A stretch of 64,000 nt of DNA from Octopus bimaculoides (lineage: Eukaryota), in NCBI RefSeq assembly GCF_001194135.2, contig NC_068984.1, positions 43,179,728 through 43,243,727 of the forward strand, read 5' to 3'. The translations under genes were made by a program, and so were the position numbers. This document shows positions 1 through 14,164 of this stretch, one piece after another (position 1 is the first letter of the stretch; each line of letters opens with the position of its first letter). The notes below the pieces were generated by a model that saw nothing but the letters and a program-made list of their open reading frames with translations, made no database searches and was not told the origin of the DNA.

Positions 1-1214
1 GATAACCCCTTCACTCTTTGAAATAAATCTATGTGTCGATGTATCTTTTTTTTTTTTTTTTAACCACTGCTTAATTGTCTTTTTACAGTCAATTCACATA
101 TGCTGCTCTATTGGGAAAAGATATGAATGTCAAATATCCATTAGACAGATCCCGTATAAAGTATGGAACCTTTGTATGAAAAGTCAATAAACCAACAAGG
201 GTTAATTGTAAATAATCTATGAACCAAAAGAAGCTAAGAGTAGAAACTCTTACAGACACCACCACACCTACACATTTGGGTAGAGAAGAGTTTGTCTCTC
301 CACTCCTGGTTGGTAGCCATCCTTTTTGGCTCTTCATTATTCATCAAGAGAATGCTAGTTGTGTGAAGGAAGAGGGGATTTAGTTGAGTAAGTATTTCTA
401 AGAAAATGAAGAGATTAGAATGTGGAGAAAAAAAAAAAGGAAGCAATCACACTTAGATGTGGAGGCGGCTAGCAGTAAAACAGCTTAGATACTAAACACA
501 CCCACAGGTCATTCACACAAAAAACCTTCAACTCCATGAACACATTTAGAAAACAGTCACAGGTTTCTGGAGAGGTGTACTGAAGGAAATTTATTTTGAG
601 TATACCTCAATTGCATTTTGGGTAGGGTGTTAGCCACCCCCAGTTTTTATTTATTTTATACATGATTACAGCATACTTAGTATTTCTGCCAAATTCATAC
701 AGAGGCACCAGTATAAGCCAAAGAAGAATCATTCCTAAGAGATAGCACTTTCAGCAGCCATACAAACACTAGCTGTACAACAGCAATGGGGAAAATATTT
801 AAATATAATTAGAATTGGGTTACTGCAGCTATTTGTTATGCTTAAACTGTGGTGCTGGCACACACATACACACACTACTACAGTATTTGTCGAAAAAAAA
901 AGCCGGTAAAACTTCTTATAAATAGAGTGTAGCCTAAACTACTAGCAAGTTTGGTAAGTCATACCCACACACACACACACATTTCCAGAGCACATGACTC
1001 CACTCCTACCTAAGTTTACTTGGATGAAAATCAGCTGACCAAAATATCAATAAAATAGCTATTAGACACAAATTGAAAAATAAGGTAGATTTAGAATTAC
1101 AAAAGAGAAAAAAATTAAGACAAGGTATTTTTTCAAATGGTTACCTTTTTATTGCTATCATTTTAACATTCACTTTTTCATACGTGCATAAGTCAGACAG
1201 AATTTGTAATCCAA

Positions 1215-1510
1215 TCCTGTCACCAATCCTTACTAGTTTCCAAGCAAGATAATATTCCCCAATGGTCAGGCATGTTTTTCACAGATGACTGGAAACTAAC
1301 ATTGCCTGTTCACAACCATGTCAAGACAAGGGACCACATATACAACACACACAATTACCTTCTTTCAGTTTCCATCTACCAAATCCACTCAATGATTTAG
1401 TTGACCCAAGGCCATAGAAGACATTTGCCTAAGGTGCTATGCAGTGGGACTGAACTCAAAACAGCATGGTTTACAAGCAAGTTTCTCAATCATACAACCA
1501 TACTTGCACC
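1215..1510 (-). mobile_element. Family A SINE copy
   Basis: Plus strand TTTCAGTTTCCATCTACCAAATCCACTC..GCCTAAGGTGCTATGCAGTGGGACTGAAC is the reverse complement of the family A head. Confidence 0.7.
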
Positions 1511-4500
1511 TAACTTAACCTATTATAATTCCATTCACATTTATAGAAGTAGTTTATCAAAAACCTAGTACTTAGTTGTAACTTTCCCATTTATCCTTTT
1601 AGGGTTAGTAAGATAAAGTCAATTTCAGTAAGCTTTATATCTAAATAGTATATGTAAATATACAGGCATTTTGTTCAATGCTCTAACAAGTCTACAATTT
1701 TTATTTTGTCATGCTAGCAACCTTCATTATCTAGGCCAGTAACTTTATTTTCATTTAATTACTATAGAGTAAAAAATAAAAAATAAAAATAGAAAAAGAG
1801 GCAGAATTCTCTCAAATGTATGCAATTGATACAGTTGTGATCATACAGTGTAACATGTCTGTTGTTTCACTGAATTCTTGTAAAACAAACTACAGTTGAT
1901 CAGCCAATTCATGAGTATTTTATTAATACAAATATTAACATTGAAGTACAAAATAACTCCAACAATAAAGAATCTATTCTAGCATTGGGGTTTATATTGA
2001 AAACCTAATTTCTTGCTCACGATGGAGCCAGTCCAAAATCACCCAACTTAATAGAAATAGTCTCTCTCTCTAATCAGACCCCACTGTCTTATGAAAAAAA
2101 GGATACATGATATATTCTCTCCCATTCTACTACCGGATAAGATGGTGATGGCTTATATACCATTAATCATAAGTTTTCTCAATCAAGCTTGACCTGGGGC
2201 TAAACTTTCGTGATTTTATAGGAGAGGGAATATAATCAGTTATATTGATCCCAGGTAATTATTTATCATTTTACCTTTGAAGGGGAGATTAAAAAAAAAA
2301 ATGTAAATCATAAGATTTAAAGTGAGTTTTACAAACAGAAAACTAGATTCTAAGATGTAGCAGCTATTCTGAATTTCTACCATCTGTTCAACCATCTTGG
2401 CATTCATATCAGAGATTGTTTCTCCCACATGCCAAGTAATATACTGAAGCACACACACACACACACTGTACAGAGTTTACTCAGATACTACCATAGATGT
2501 CCAGAAATGTTGACATTTTTCTGCATTTTTCTTTTTATACATTACACTGGTGCAATAGCTCTTTTCAATTCAATTATTTAGTCTTTGTGTGCTTTGAAGC
2601 CAGACAAGCCTCTCAAATGCAATAGCTAGTTGATTAATTGGATGAAATTACTCTACTTTCTAATTTCAATTATTGTAGTAGTTGTAGCTAAAATAGTAGT
2701 AGTTGTAGTAGTAGTCACAGTAGTAATTCATATTGCATAGCCTGACACAGAACCAAGTGAGTTACAGATTATTCTAGCTTGTTTACAAATTCAGTTCATT
2801 TGTTAAAATGACACTGTTATTCTATAGTTTAAGGTCACCTAACAACCTTGTGAATAGAATATTAGCATCACAAGATAATACATGAAAGATTTTAGCAACA
2901 AAACACAAAAGCATTTTTATCCCCAGCAGAAATAAACATTGGGTGAAAGGAGTTGCAAATTTCTCTTCTGTTATAACTACACTTCTGTTGATAAGAATTT
3001 TTAAAATGGTATGAATGTTACACAACCTCAATTCTCTTTGCCTTCAAATCTGGGTCCATCTGCTTTATGCAAGAAATCAATACTGAAGAAAAATGGAAAG
3101 AATTTCTATTTTTTTCCTCCTTTAGGTGCTTATTTTGCACAATCTTTCAAATACATTATTAGTACGCCTTTTGATGTACTCTGAAACAACTATCAATTCA
3201 GTGTAGTGAAGTGTTGAGTTCTTAATCACAACCATTGGACTGTGCTCTCATTCTGCATAACTAGGCTGACAGACAAGTGCAATCCTCTACACAAATTTAC
3301 AGTGAGCATCCAGCTATAAAAACAATTACCAGAAGAATGAAAATAATTTCAATTATGTTAGCATATGAAAAATATGCATCTAAACAACCAAAATAAATGA
3401 ATTGTATATAAAGCTAAATGTTAGAATTTATCAAGAAAAATGTAGGTAGACAAAATAAAACCTAATCCTATTCTATTTGACAACTTAAATTCTTTATGTG
3501 CTTGCTGTGCTCATAAATAAAGTGACAAAAAGACACTATCAAAGTTTCTATATGAAATTAAATGGACCAAAAAATGAGGAAAAATTACAGAAGTTTATGA
3601 TGGTGAGCTATAAGAAGCAATATTAAGGCATGCATGTATCAAATATTTAAAGCACTACATAAAGAAGCATGTACATCTATGTATACAAACATGCAAAATT
3701 CACACCTGAACTATGTGAAATACACAAAATTTAATTATACATCATGTACAGTCTATTTTCTTTCTCCCCATTTTCATTGGAAACTGTTAGCAATTTATTT
3801 TGTTGGTTTGTTTCCAAAAGCTTTGAACTGATAGTAAAGACCATATCAAAAGGTTTGTATTTTGCTGCAACATGAGATAAATTGTAATTTTATGTACGTT
3901 TTGTTATCAAGTTGACTTGATGTGTAGAATACGTAAAATCTAATACAGGTGCACATTCTTCAATGTTATATTCTACATAGACTTGAAGGTTGGTTATAAC
4001 TTTTCTCCAGAGGTTTCCACCCCACATTCACCACTGGATCATTTAATTTCAACTAAATGAAAGACCAACTTCTCTGCCAGTCCCACTTTTGCACCTACAT
4101 TTATCAAGTCACTACTACCCAAAGCCCTCACCTCTAAATCTCTTAATGATCTAGAAATTAAATTTTCCCAACCATATAGGTATTCATCATATATCATCTT
4201 TCAACATGACCTTCCCACCAAACCCTACTCATAATAACAATTTTTAATCATGGTCCACAAATTAATTTCTCCAGAATTTCCTTCCCAACATACTTCCTCA
4301 TTCCACCATGTAAAAATCACTAAGTCAGGCTGCAAGCCAATCTTTCTAATGTGGTGAGGGCACCATTTCTAGAGTTACAGAAACATTAGATTAGACCATT
4401 GATCTGAGGGTTATGGGACCCATGTTGAAAGCATTCACATACCCGTGTAAAGGTAACATTTGCACCATAAGGATGCTATCCTTGAAAGGAAAGCAGGGAT

Positions 4501-4599
4501 TAGCTTGAACATGCTTACTCCACTGAAAACAAATGAAGGAAGCTTCTATGCAGGGGTTACTCAACCTACAAGAAATAGCCAATCTTCAAATATTATCCT

Positions 4600-4930
4600 A
4601 TTGTCTGAAAAATGATTAAAATCATTGGACAAACCCATCATCATCTTAACCTCCCCTTTTCTATGCAAGCATGGGTCAGATAGAATTGTTTCCAAGTAAG
4701 GTACAATTTCCTCAAGGCCAAACATGTTTTTCACAGAAAACTGAACGAACATCGCTTAATGATGATGATGCTCATCATATTCAACCATTACATAATGTCA
4801 TGGCAATGATGGGAGGGTAAGACATGCACATGCATGCACACACACAAATCTAGGCTTCTTCAAATTTCTATCTTCCAAATTCATCCACAAGGCTTTGTTT
4901 CTTCCATAGCCCTGGGCTGCCTAAATCTTT
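4600..4930 (-). mobile_element. Family A SINE copy (head truncated)
   Basis: Contains TTTCCAAGTAAGGTA..AACATGTTTTTCACAGAA..TCATCCACAAGGCTTTG, as in the other copies. Confidence 0.6.
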
Positions 4931-5214
4931 GAGTGGATTCATTAGATAGAAATTGAAAATCCACTGAGTGCATGTATGTGTGTGTGTACATGTAGGGGAG
5001 TTTATGTGTCTTATTGTGATATATCATGACAACTATAAACGAGTCTCTCATACAAGCAGTGTCATTCATTTCTAATGTTTCATGAAAACCTGTCCAGCCA
5101 TGTGAAAATATTAGCTGCTTTGGAAACAGGTTAGATTCAGCAATAGAAAGAGCATCCAGCTGTAGAAATCTGCCTAAATGAATTCCATGCAGACAGAAAA
5201 GTGGATGTTAAAAC

Positions 5215-5217
<3 letters not shown>

Positions 5218-5260
<43 letters not shown>
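5218..5260. repeat. (TA)n microsatellite
   Basis: Pure run of about 21 units. Confidence 0.95.
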
Positions 5261-5261
<1 letters not shown>

Positions 5262-6738
5262 CACAGGGTTGATAATTCTTTTATCCAAAATGCTTGGGAC
5301 AAGGTGTGCTTCAAATAGAGCCTTTTTTTCAGCACAAGTGTTAAATTAACATCTATAATATGGGGCAAAGTTTTACACTACAAGAGCAAGCAAACAGAAA
5401 TTTGGCTAGAAGGGAGAATCAAACAATACGGGTCAATAAAGAAAGAGGCAAGCGATAATGTCATTAAGATAGAAACTACAGCTTATACTGGAAATAGATT
5501 AAATTGATATTGAAAGAGCAGCACCAAGCCAACTTAGAAAGTATGACTTCATTGTTATCTTAGTTTTTACTAACAGATGCTTAAAAAATTGGTTAAGCCA
5601 TCAATTCTAAATCTATATCACTTAGGAATATGGTATACTATTAAACTTAGATTCATTTTGCAAAACTATTTCCAAATGCTGTCACAATGCCCAGTCAAAA
5701 TGACTACAATACAGTATGTAAACTGATTAGTCTTCTATCATTCATCCATGGTTATTTTAGCTGAATAAAGAAATGCACATCATTTTTACTGGAACATACC
5801 ACATGCACATTAACATGTGTGTAAAACTACATCAGTTGTTCTGGGCTTTTTCCTTTTGCTTGCAGTTACCAAGCGTAACTTTGATGAAATATGCAAACAA
5901 ACGCAAAGTCATTTCACAGTAATGACCTGTACAAATTCCACTGATAGTATTGATAAATATGTTCAGCTGAACAAATAGAAAGGCAACAAAAGTATACAGA
6001 ATGATGCAGCATTTTCCAAGTAATGTATTTTCTTTACTGCTAAAATTATATTCCAAAACACCATTCAGCTGTATGTATCCGGACATTTATCATAATGGAT
6101 ATTGTTGAAACTGGTAATGCACTTTTTTTTTTTACATCTACAAATCTTGTGTACATAATGTGTATTCAAGCATATAAATGAGTGTGTGCTTTTTTGTTGT
6201 TTTTTTTCTTTGTTGAACATAGTTAAATCATCAGAACTGTTTCTGCATTCTGAAAGTGATTTTGCTGATAAGAACTCCATTACATCCTGCAAATTAACCC
6301 ATTTTAAAAGAAGCAGCTTTCCTTGCAAAAGAACTTATCTCTAGAGAAAAATACTGTAATTAATAGCTTAGTTTTAGCCATATTCATCATATTACCTCCA
6401 TACTTCCAAGTTACAATTTTTGCTGTAATCTCTGAAATTAAATCAGAAATGGAAAATTGTGATTTGTACACAAGTGTTCTCTTTTGAGAGTATTTGAATT
6501 CCACTGAAATAGTTAACTCATTAACTTTCAGTGAGTTCAAACAGAAGTATTACAGTAGCTCAGTATATTTATGAGGAAGAGAGACTGTACAGCTGTCTAG
6601 TAAAATTGGACACCCAGAAACATGGTGCAATTATCTAGCAGGACTTAACGAGAATGCAGCCATCCAGTCAAATAGAATGGTGGGAAAGTTGTTTTTTTAT
6701 CTTTCACCTGGCTTGGACTGAAACTGTGCTCATTACTT

Positions 6739-6955
6739 TTAAACCTTTAGCATTCAGATTCTGTCAAATGTAATACATATTCACATTGTTTTGAATTATG
6801 CATTATCGCATAGCTTCAAGATTTCAATGATGTGTTGGTTTTAATTTTGGAATGACATTGTAAGGTAGATTGAAAAGGGTGGATCTGGACAGTTTGAACA
6901 TAAAACAGGGATAATATTTTGGCCAGATATGGCTGATTTAGATCCTAAAGAGTTG
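6739..6955 (+). mobile_element. piggyBac-type MITE, decayed copy
   Basis: Begins TTAAA-CCTTTAGCATTCAGATTCTGTCAAATG. Internal GATTTCAATGAT...AATGACATTG is shared with the other copies. Ends CCTAAAGAGTT. Confidence 0.55.
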
Positions 6956-7620
6956 AGGGGATAAGGTTACCTCTAACATAAGACCTAGACCAAATTCTTG
7001 CAACAGAGCAGACTGTTAAAAGCATAGAAAGGCCATGGTGGTGTTCAATTGTGAGACAGATTAAATCTACTGAAATAAGGAACAAGAGTAAAATGAGATG
7101 TAGACAAAGATTAGGCAAAATTAAATCTTGACCCTGAAGATCATTTACAAAAAATGAATATTCAGAGAAAATATCCAAAAAGGAACTGAACCCATTTTAC
7201 ACTCATAGAAATGTCATCAGAACTCAAATCCTAATACTTAGTTCAAAGTTGACAAGATTTAACAGGATAGACAAAAAATGTCAGGGAGGTTACTTACAGT
7301 ATGACTACTTAATTTCACATTTAAACAAAGTAAATTGATCAGGGTTACAAATTTGATAGAGCACCATTAAATTAAGCTTAGTGAAGTCTATTTTCTATAT
7401 TCTTTCTTACCAGTGAGTCCATCTCTATCACACACACACACCTCTACATTCCATTTAATGAGACTTTTTTTAAAGTGAACTGGAGTGCACAATTTCAAAA
7501 TGATGGCCTAAGCTTAAATACTTCATGTTTTAAAAGCAATAAATAGAATTTGTAACCATGTCTAACTTCCAACGAATGGCTATATTGCTTTAATAAAACC
7601 AAGTGAAAGAAAAGTACTTC

Positions 7621-7630
7621 NNNNNNNNNN
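7621..7630. other. Assembly gap (10 N)
   Basis: N run. Confidence 1.
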
Positions 7631-10600
7631 TGAGGTGGGTTCCTCAGCTTAATGTAGAACCATCACGTATTGTCAAATACTCAGAAAAAGATCTGTGTAC
7701 CATAAGATCAGAATAGTATTTCAGGAATTACAACTGTAAAAACCAGAGTAAATTGTTTGTAGTTCAAAATGGACAGATGCAGCATTGCCATAAAAAAAAA
7801 AAAAGAAAAAAAACTTGTAACAAGGAAAACAATTCTTATATAATTTTACTTCTGACTAATGAGTCCTCATTACCCCAAAGAATTTAATTTTTTGTCCACT
7901 TGGGTAATTTACTCTAGTTCATCAACCCCTGATCTAAGTAAACTACAGGCAAGACAGGCATTGAACAAAATAACTTTACAGATCTTATAGGTTTGGTTTC
8001 TTGAATTTTTCACCTATAAAATGCACGAAACTGAAAATGTGAATTAGGACATTATATATAAACTCCCTTCACAGCTGTTTCTAGATTCTAATAAAGACAT
8101 ACCTAATGTCCAATATATACACAGGAATTCTAAAGATAAAACAATAGAAAAATGTTTTATTTCAAAAGTGTCATAACTAATAAAGCATAAACATATTCAC
8201 CAGTTGTTTGTCTGTATATCTCTTTATTAAAAGCAGATGTCTATATTCCGAAACATTTCTCATCACATCAGCCTGTAGCTTTTTCAATTGGTGCATTTTC
8301 AAATGCTTGACTTCACCGATTTTATTGTTACATCTCTATAGTAAGAATGTGAACTGATGTTTTACTGTTTATTTACTTTGCTTTCTTTTGTTGTTGCCAA
8401 CATAGAAAACAATGAGTGTGCATGCTTGTGTACACATTGGTTGACCTTAGCCATTTAGACTTATTTTATCCTACTCCATATGACTCCAGGGGTGAGTTGC
8501 TACACCAGTCCTTTATATCAAGTGTGTGAGTGGGGTTTACTTCCTGTATAGCTCTCGTGATTTGCCATGATGATGGGTATTTTGGATGTCTAAAAAGATC
8601 TCATTCACATAATATAAAGAATGAGAGGTATAATATCCCATCCCCAATCCACCACTACAATATTGAGTAAGAATATGTCTAAAAACAACTAAGGTCAAAA
8701 CCACACATCACATACCCCTTATGTAGGCAACAAAAGGAAGCAAAAATGTCATCAGCTTACACACTACGATGGAGATGTAACTACAGTAAAATTAGTTAAA
8801 TGAAGCATTTGAAAATATACACCCGCTGAAAAGGCCACAGGTTGATGTGATAAGAAATTGAGAAATATAGACAAGCAACAACTATTTGGAAAAATAGAAG
8901 AAATAGAGGCAAACAATAATTGGTGTGTTTATAAGCTGTATTCATTATGATTCTGCCTAAATATAACAATACCAGTTTCAACATAGTTTCAGCTCAAAAT
9001 CCTCGCAAAACCTGTTCAAAAACAAAATAACAATGATAACCTAAGACCTATCTACATTATTGTAAAGTAATTTTGTAGATTAGAGCAAATGGCAAATCTT
9101 GGGGAGTTTTTAGGTATCAGTGCCTTATCTCTAGTTTCATGGTATAAAAAATTCTAAACTAAATCTTGAATAGACTACATTGTGTATAATTTATCAAGGA
9201 TATCTGGTATGTCTAATACCTGAATTAAGGTAATGCAGAATAAAGGATTCTACTCCAAAATAAGATCTATGTAATGGATTTGAACTCATGACCAATAAGT
9301 AAGCAGTCCAGTGTGTTTATTCGCTTAATCTAACAAAAGAAAGAAACGCCTTGACCAATGTCTGAAATTAGGAAGACCTTATTAAAAGCTTTCCACATAA
9401 TCTATCGATCTCAATGTAGGCAGTCAACAAAAGAAATGTCCACTGCAGCTACAATAGCAAAATGTCAAATAGTAATTAATAGCTATAAGTTCAATCTTCT
9501 GCCTTTGTTAAACAAGTTCTATTAAAATGCATAGGAAGCATGTTTCTGATAGAGATTTTTCAATGATGCTGAGTTTCAGTTTCTGAGATTGACACATATA
9601 GTATAACTTAGTAGAGGTTAAAAGATCTGTCTTGTCTCAGTTGGAAATAGATAAAAATGTCATTAGACACTCCATGGACAATCATCAACCTCAGGAAAAT
9701 GTGACAACTCAATGTTTATATGAACTGGTTCAATAAGCAATTCTACTAGTAATCTGCATTAATAATGAGAAAGAAAAACCGATAATGCAATGTTTGCGAT
9801 AAGGGACTATAGAGTTAAGTATGAAGCAATATAGTCCATTACACTTGTCAAGTGATGAATATTAATAAGTCATGATATTAAGTAACAATACTAAAATGAT
9901 AAAATAAGAAATATAGAAATATGAATCTATATAACTTGAAGCCAGACTGACTGATAAACATGGTAACTAGAAAAATGAGCAGATATCTTGTAAAAATTAC
10001 CATGTGTATATACACACACAGACTTAATCAACAAGTCATTGTTAAAATAAATTCATGTCAGCAGAGCTAGAAGAAAAAGATTAATGACAGATAAAACACT
10101 AGAATATAGCATACCAAAAATTCGAATATATTAAGAATCCATAAAACTGGTTGCCTTTTAAAAAGATCTCAGCAATATATCTAAATTTGGATTTTAAAAA
10201 TGTATTAGATATATTCTAGAGTTACAATTTAAATTCTTTCAAAATAAAGCAAAGCCTACCATTAAACGCAATTTAACAACAAAAGAGAAAAAAAATTCTT
10301 TGTGATTTTTAAAACTTGATCCATAAATCAACAAAATGCTCATCAAGTATAGTACTTTCCACAAGCTTTACAAATTATAAAGAAATCAAGAGAATTTATT
10401 GTACATTTGTACAACACTTGCAAAACACAGTTTCCAGTAAAAATTTCATCCACAAATATAGAGATAATAAAAAAAGTTCAGCTAATTAATATGCATAAAT
10501 GAAATCTCAAGTTCTGTAAGTGCCAATGAGCATGTTTCTTATACTAAACCATCTTTTAGAACCATCAATTCAATATCTAATTACATGTGCAAATTAGCTA

Positions 10601-11852
10601 ATTATATATTTACATCTAAAATAATGCAAATTTGATTCAATGATCTTATTTTCAACCAGGTTCCAGTCCTCAAATCTGTTTTACAACACATAAATTATAT
10701 TGTATCTGGAAATTACTGTCTAAATAAATTAATAAAGCTAATATATTTTGGCAATTTCTTTCTGTGCCAAATGCACCAGTATAAAGTCTGGACATCACAG
10801 ATTAAAAACAATTGTCTTTTTTTTTTAATCTGGTCAAAAATTAAAAAAAGCAATTCATTAAAAAAAAAACTGTCAGATGGTTCAAGTAATTGAGGCTATT
10901 TTTGAAAGTTGGACATATGGCAATAAGTACAAAGGTCAGGGCTGTTACATGTGTAAATGACATACAGATTTGTTGAGTGTAGTATTCAAGAATATTTGTA
11001 TGTGAGTTTCTTGTATGTAGGTGTGCTATGGCTAGTATTAATGAACAAAAAACTGATCCTAATAAAAACACTGTAATTATCAATGTAAATAATTGCTTGC
11101 AGAGAAACGCCATACCGACAGACTCATACACATGATGAGGGCTTATCTACTGGCAGAAACAACAATGTTATGTTATTAAGAATAATTAACTCAAGTATTG
11201 CAAATTGGTTAATTAGTTTGTTGAGAGAGAGAGAGGGGGAGGGAGGAGACATCTATTATGCTAGGTCTGTCTGATTAGTGCATTGATCTGGGGATAATCA
11301 ATGGCGCCTCCAATTTACTGAAGTTGGTATGTGAAGAATTTTAATGGTTAATTGGTAATAGGGGTTTAACCAAGAGTAATTAATAAGATAAGGCAAGAAA
11401 ATCAGTAATCAGTAAAACAGTCACATTTTGGACAACTGAGATGGTAGTAGCATTTCGTCACTTTAAAACATTAATGTGAATTAAAAAGCGAACTGTTCAA
11501 CTGGAATAGTTACTAAGATGGTCTTAAACATTCATGTAAAATAGTAAAGACTAATTTACAAGTGTAAGAATCTTATATTTTACTAAGTACTTATAAAAGC
11601 TAAGCATTCAAGAGGGATAAAATTTGAACAAGATTACGAATTTTATAAATACCATTACACAGTTCTAGTGTATCAAAAGTGTAACTGATCACCTCCAACA
11701 CTATGAAAAATGAAAGTAAAATTTTATCAAGCTGAAATCACAACCAGTTTCATTTCTTGGTCAGTGAAAGTTCAGCTATGCTGCTAATACTTACAGACAT
11801 AAAACACTACACCCTACCTCCACTAACCTTTTAACATTCTGTGGGGGGTAGT

Positions 11853-11990
11853 CAGTGTTAGGAAGCTCATCAAACTGTAAAACCTATGCCAAAACAGACA
11901 CAGAAGCATGATGCAGGCTTCTGCCTGACCAGCTCCTGTCAAACTGTCCAACCCATGCCAGCAAAGGAAGATGTTAAGCGATGATAAGGA
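11853..11990 (+). mobile_element. Family B 3' tail
   Basis: GTGTTAGGAAG..CTGTAAAACC..CCAGCTCCTGTCAAACTGTCCAACCCATGCCAGCA..GATGTTAAGCGATGAT. Confidence 0.7.
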
Positions 11991-12014
11991 AGAGAACTAC
12001 TCTCCAGTATAATC

Positions 12015-12375
12015 TTTATTACCTCTGCCTTAGTGAAGGTGGAAGTATTGTTTTCAGTTGCATCTGTGCCTGTAAACAAGCTATCTCAAGAACTACTGGA
12101 TGGATGTGGATGAAACTTTCAGGGATGTTGGGCCTTGGGACTGGCACAAACTGATTAGATTTCGGAATTGATCCAATACCAGAAAAAGATTCTGGATTAT
12201 TTTTCCTGTTTTTTAACTTAATTTTTGAGAGCAATCGGGTTCATTTTTAGTATTCTCATTTGTGAGAGCAGTCAAGTTTATTTCAGATGCTCTCATTTTA
12301 AAAATCATCTCTGGCTAATCCTTGAGAAGACGGTGTTGCTTTGGTGGAGGTTTGTGCTCTCTGAGTGCTCTTGTT
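12015..12375 (+). mobile_element. Non-autonomous Helentron-like element (HINE/DINE-1 architecture)
   Basis: The 5' end TTTATTACCTCTGCC-TTAGTGAA-GGTGGAAGTATTGTTTT forms a subterminal hairpin. The 3' end has a second inverted copy GGTGGAGGT (12343-12351), a small hairpin GTGCTC-TCT-GAGTGC, and terminal CTTGTT. No TSD; T-rich flanks. Explains ORFs 12019-12234 and 12225-12410. Confidence 0.6.
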
Positions 12376-13574
12376 CATATAGTTTTGAATTAATCAAAAT
12401 TATCTTGTAGCTTTGAGATTTCAATGATAACTATTTTCAAAATGACATTGGGAGATAGGTGTGAGAGACTGGATCTGGCAAAACATATAAAGGGTTAAAA
12501 TATTTTAACTTTTGTCCATTACAGTAAACTACTTTCATTTCTATATCATTTATCGGGAGGCAAATTTGAAATATATTTCTAGTTGAAGTGATACTGTTAT
12601 GAAGAAAGATTATCTTTTTAATTTCCAAGAAATATTTTTACAATCTTTAAGAAAATGATATTTGTTAATGCTATTCTTGAAATCGATTTGCTCAAATGTT
12701 GCCCATTTTGAAATTCAATATTTTATTTTTGTTATAAATTAGTGAAATAATTGTTAATTACTGACTCATTCTCTTTTAAATTGAAATATCAAATGAACTG
12801 TAAAAGTCAAATCATTTTGTTCTTTTTTTTTCCATTAGAAAGTCCATTTTTCTATTTTCTTTATACATTTACTAATGTCATTGGAATGGCAAATTATTTG
12901 AAGTCATTATCGGGATTTGAAAACTTATGGTATCACCTGACAGATAATTTATCAATTTTACTGTTAAACATTCAAAGAAAAACAAAACCAACATTTCCTA
13001 AGAAAGAAAATAGGATATCTTCCAGACAACATTAATATATCCACAGGTGTGTATCATTATTTTCCATTGTCTACTTTTCAATGCTTGCATGGGCTGGATG
13101 GAATTTGTAGAAAAGGGATATCTAACAATAATAAATCCCATGTCAACATGGGGAAAAAATTTTTACAATCACCTTTTAAGTTTGCTATGCATGTTGGTAT
13201 GGATTGCTTAGATCATCTCCGTGCATGTCAATTCTTATCTATAATTATTACTCTTCTAAAGATGCCAGAGACTATGTCTTGATCAACTGTTTTTGGTATC
13301 GGTTCTATGGATGGATGCGTTTCCAAATATCAACCACTTTACAAAGCATACAGCATGGATTTTAACAGTTCCTACACAAGTTATCTTGTCCTTGGCAAAA
13401 TCAAGATGAAAGGTCCTCTCTATGTTGCTTCCATTCACATACCTGAATAAATAGATGGGATGGAATGTCTCCTGGACCAGGACTGGCTTCAGTCTAAACC
13501 ACAAGACTAGAGAGTATAATGCAATTGCAATCTGATGTTCTGAAGTGGCTTATATTCATTTATATATCAGTTTC

Positions 13575-13748
13575 AAATTTTGGCACAAGGCCAGCAATAA
13601 ACTGACCCCAATACTCAACTGGCACTTACTTTATTGACCCCCACCGAAAGGATGAAAGGCAAAGTCAACCTCGGAGGAATTTGAACTCAAACTAGACATG
13701 CGAAGCATTTTGCCTAGCGTGCCAAGGATTCTGCCAGCTCACCGCCTT
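13575..13748 (-). mobile_element. SINE family C (conserved central domain GCCTTTCATCCTT..GGTC.ATAAA..AAGT.CCAG), 40 bp into the intron after exon 2
   Basis: The minus strand reads AAGGCGGTGAGCTGGCAGAATCC..GAGTTCAAATTCCTCCGAGGTTGACTTTGCCTTTCATCCTTTCGG..GTCAATAAAGTAAGTGCCAGTTGAG. The central segment recalls the Meta/Nin-type SINE domain (from memory, unverified). Confidence 0.7.
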
Positions 13749-13787
13749 ATATATCAATCTAAAATTATATAATATTTTCAAACTTAC

Positions 13788-14021
13788 CACATTTTTTACA
13801 TATTTGGATAACAGCTCCAAAAACATTACAAGAAAAATCCACAGGAAGCTCAATGATGCTCAAGTTTGGCAGCTGTATCTGAAGCGGTTTGTGCATAGGA
13901 GTAAACTCCAGTTTTGCATCAGCTTGAACTTCATACTGATCCAATGTGGATCGAGTACGATTAAGCCATCTGTTCCGTGCTGGCCACCATATTCCATGAT
14001 CAGACCAATCTAATGCAATAT
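13788..14021 (-). CDS. FERMT2: Kindlin/fermitin homolog, second coding exon (end of F0, start of F1)
   Basis: Strong acceptor (TTTTTTTCTTTTTCCTTTTTCAG|AT) and donor (G|GTAAGT); 234 bp, phase 1-1. G|AT joins to exon 1 as Asp. Translation (D)IALDWSDHGIWWPARNRWLNRTRSTLDQYEVQADAKLEFTPMHKPLQIQLPNLSIIELPVDFSCNVFGAVIQICKKC carries the kindlin DWSDH.LWW and TLD.Y.vqADAKL.FTP.HK motifs. Not in the ORF track because it has no ATG. Confidence 0.95.
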
Positions 14022-14164
14022 CTGAAAAAGGAAAAAGAAAAAAATTCAGGTTTAAAAATTACAACTGAGCAATATAATTTGAAATACATGATCAATAAAT
14101 GTTACAAGTAAACTTCCTACAAGAACTCCATGTATATGGTATCTTGGAAATACCAAGTATTGCA

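Noticed and set aside
5261-5320. Tigger4/Zombi-like TIR (CAGGGTTGA..TTATCCAAAATGCTTGGGAC)
   Set aside because: Only one end is visible and the match is partial; insufficient to call an element.
6065-6350. ORF 6065-6328 (-), with a preceding pyrimidine tract plus AG, as a possible cassette exon
   Set aside because: No similarity to kindlin F1 or any domain I recognise, it runs into poly-A/T tracts, and no convincing donor was found.
9330-9800. Possible LINE RT remnant (KAFH resembling KAFD)
   Set aside because: A single weak motif with no collinear neighbouring motifs.
1-13787. Third kindlin coding exon (expected to start G/N-IRHPEELS)
   Set aside because: A by-eye scan of the minus strand for RHPEE-type codons behind an AG found nothing. 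The exon probably lies beyond the window start; a tBLASTn would settle it.
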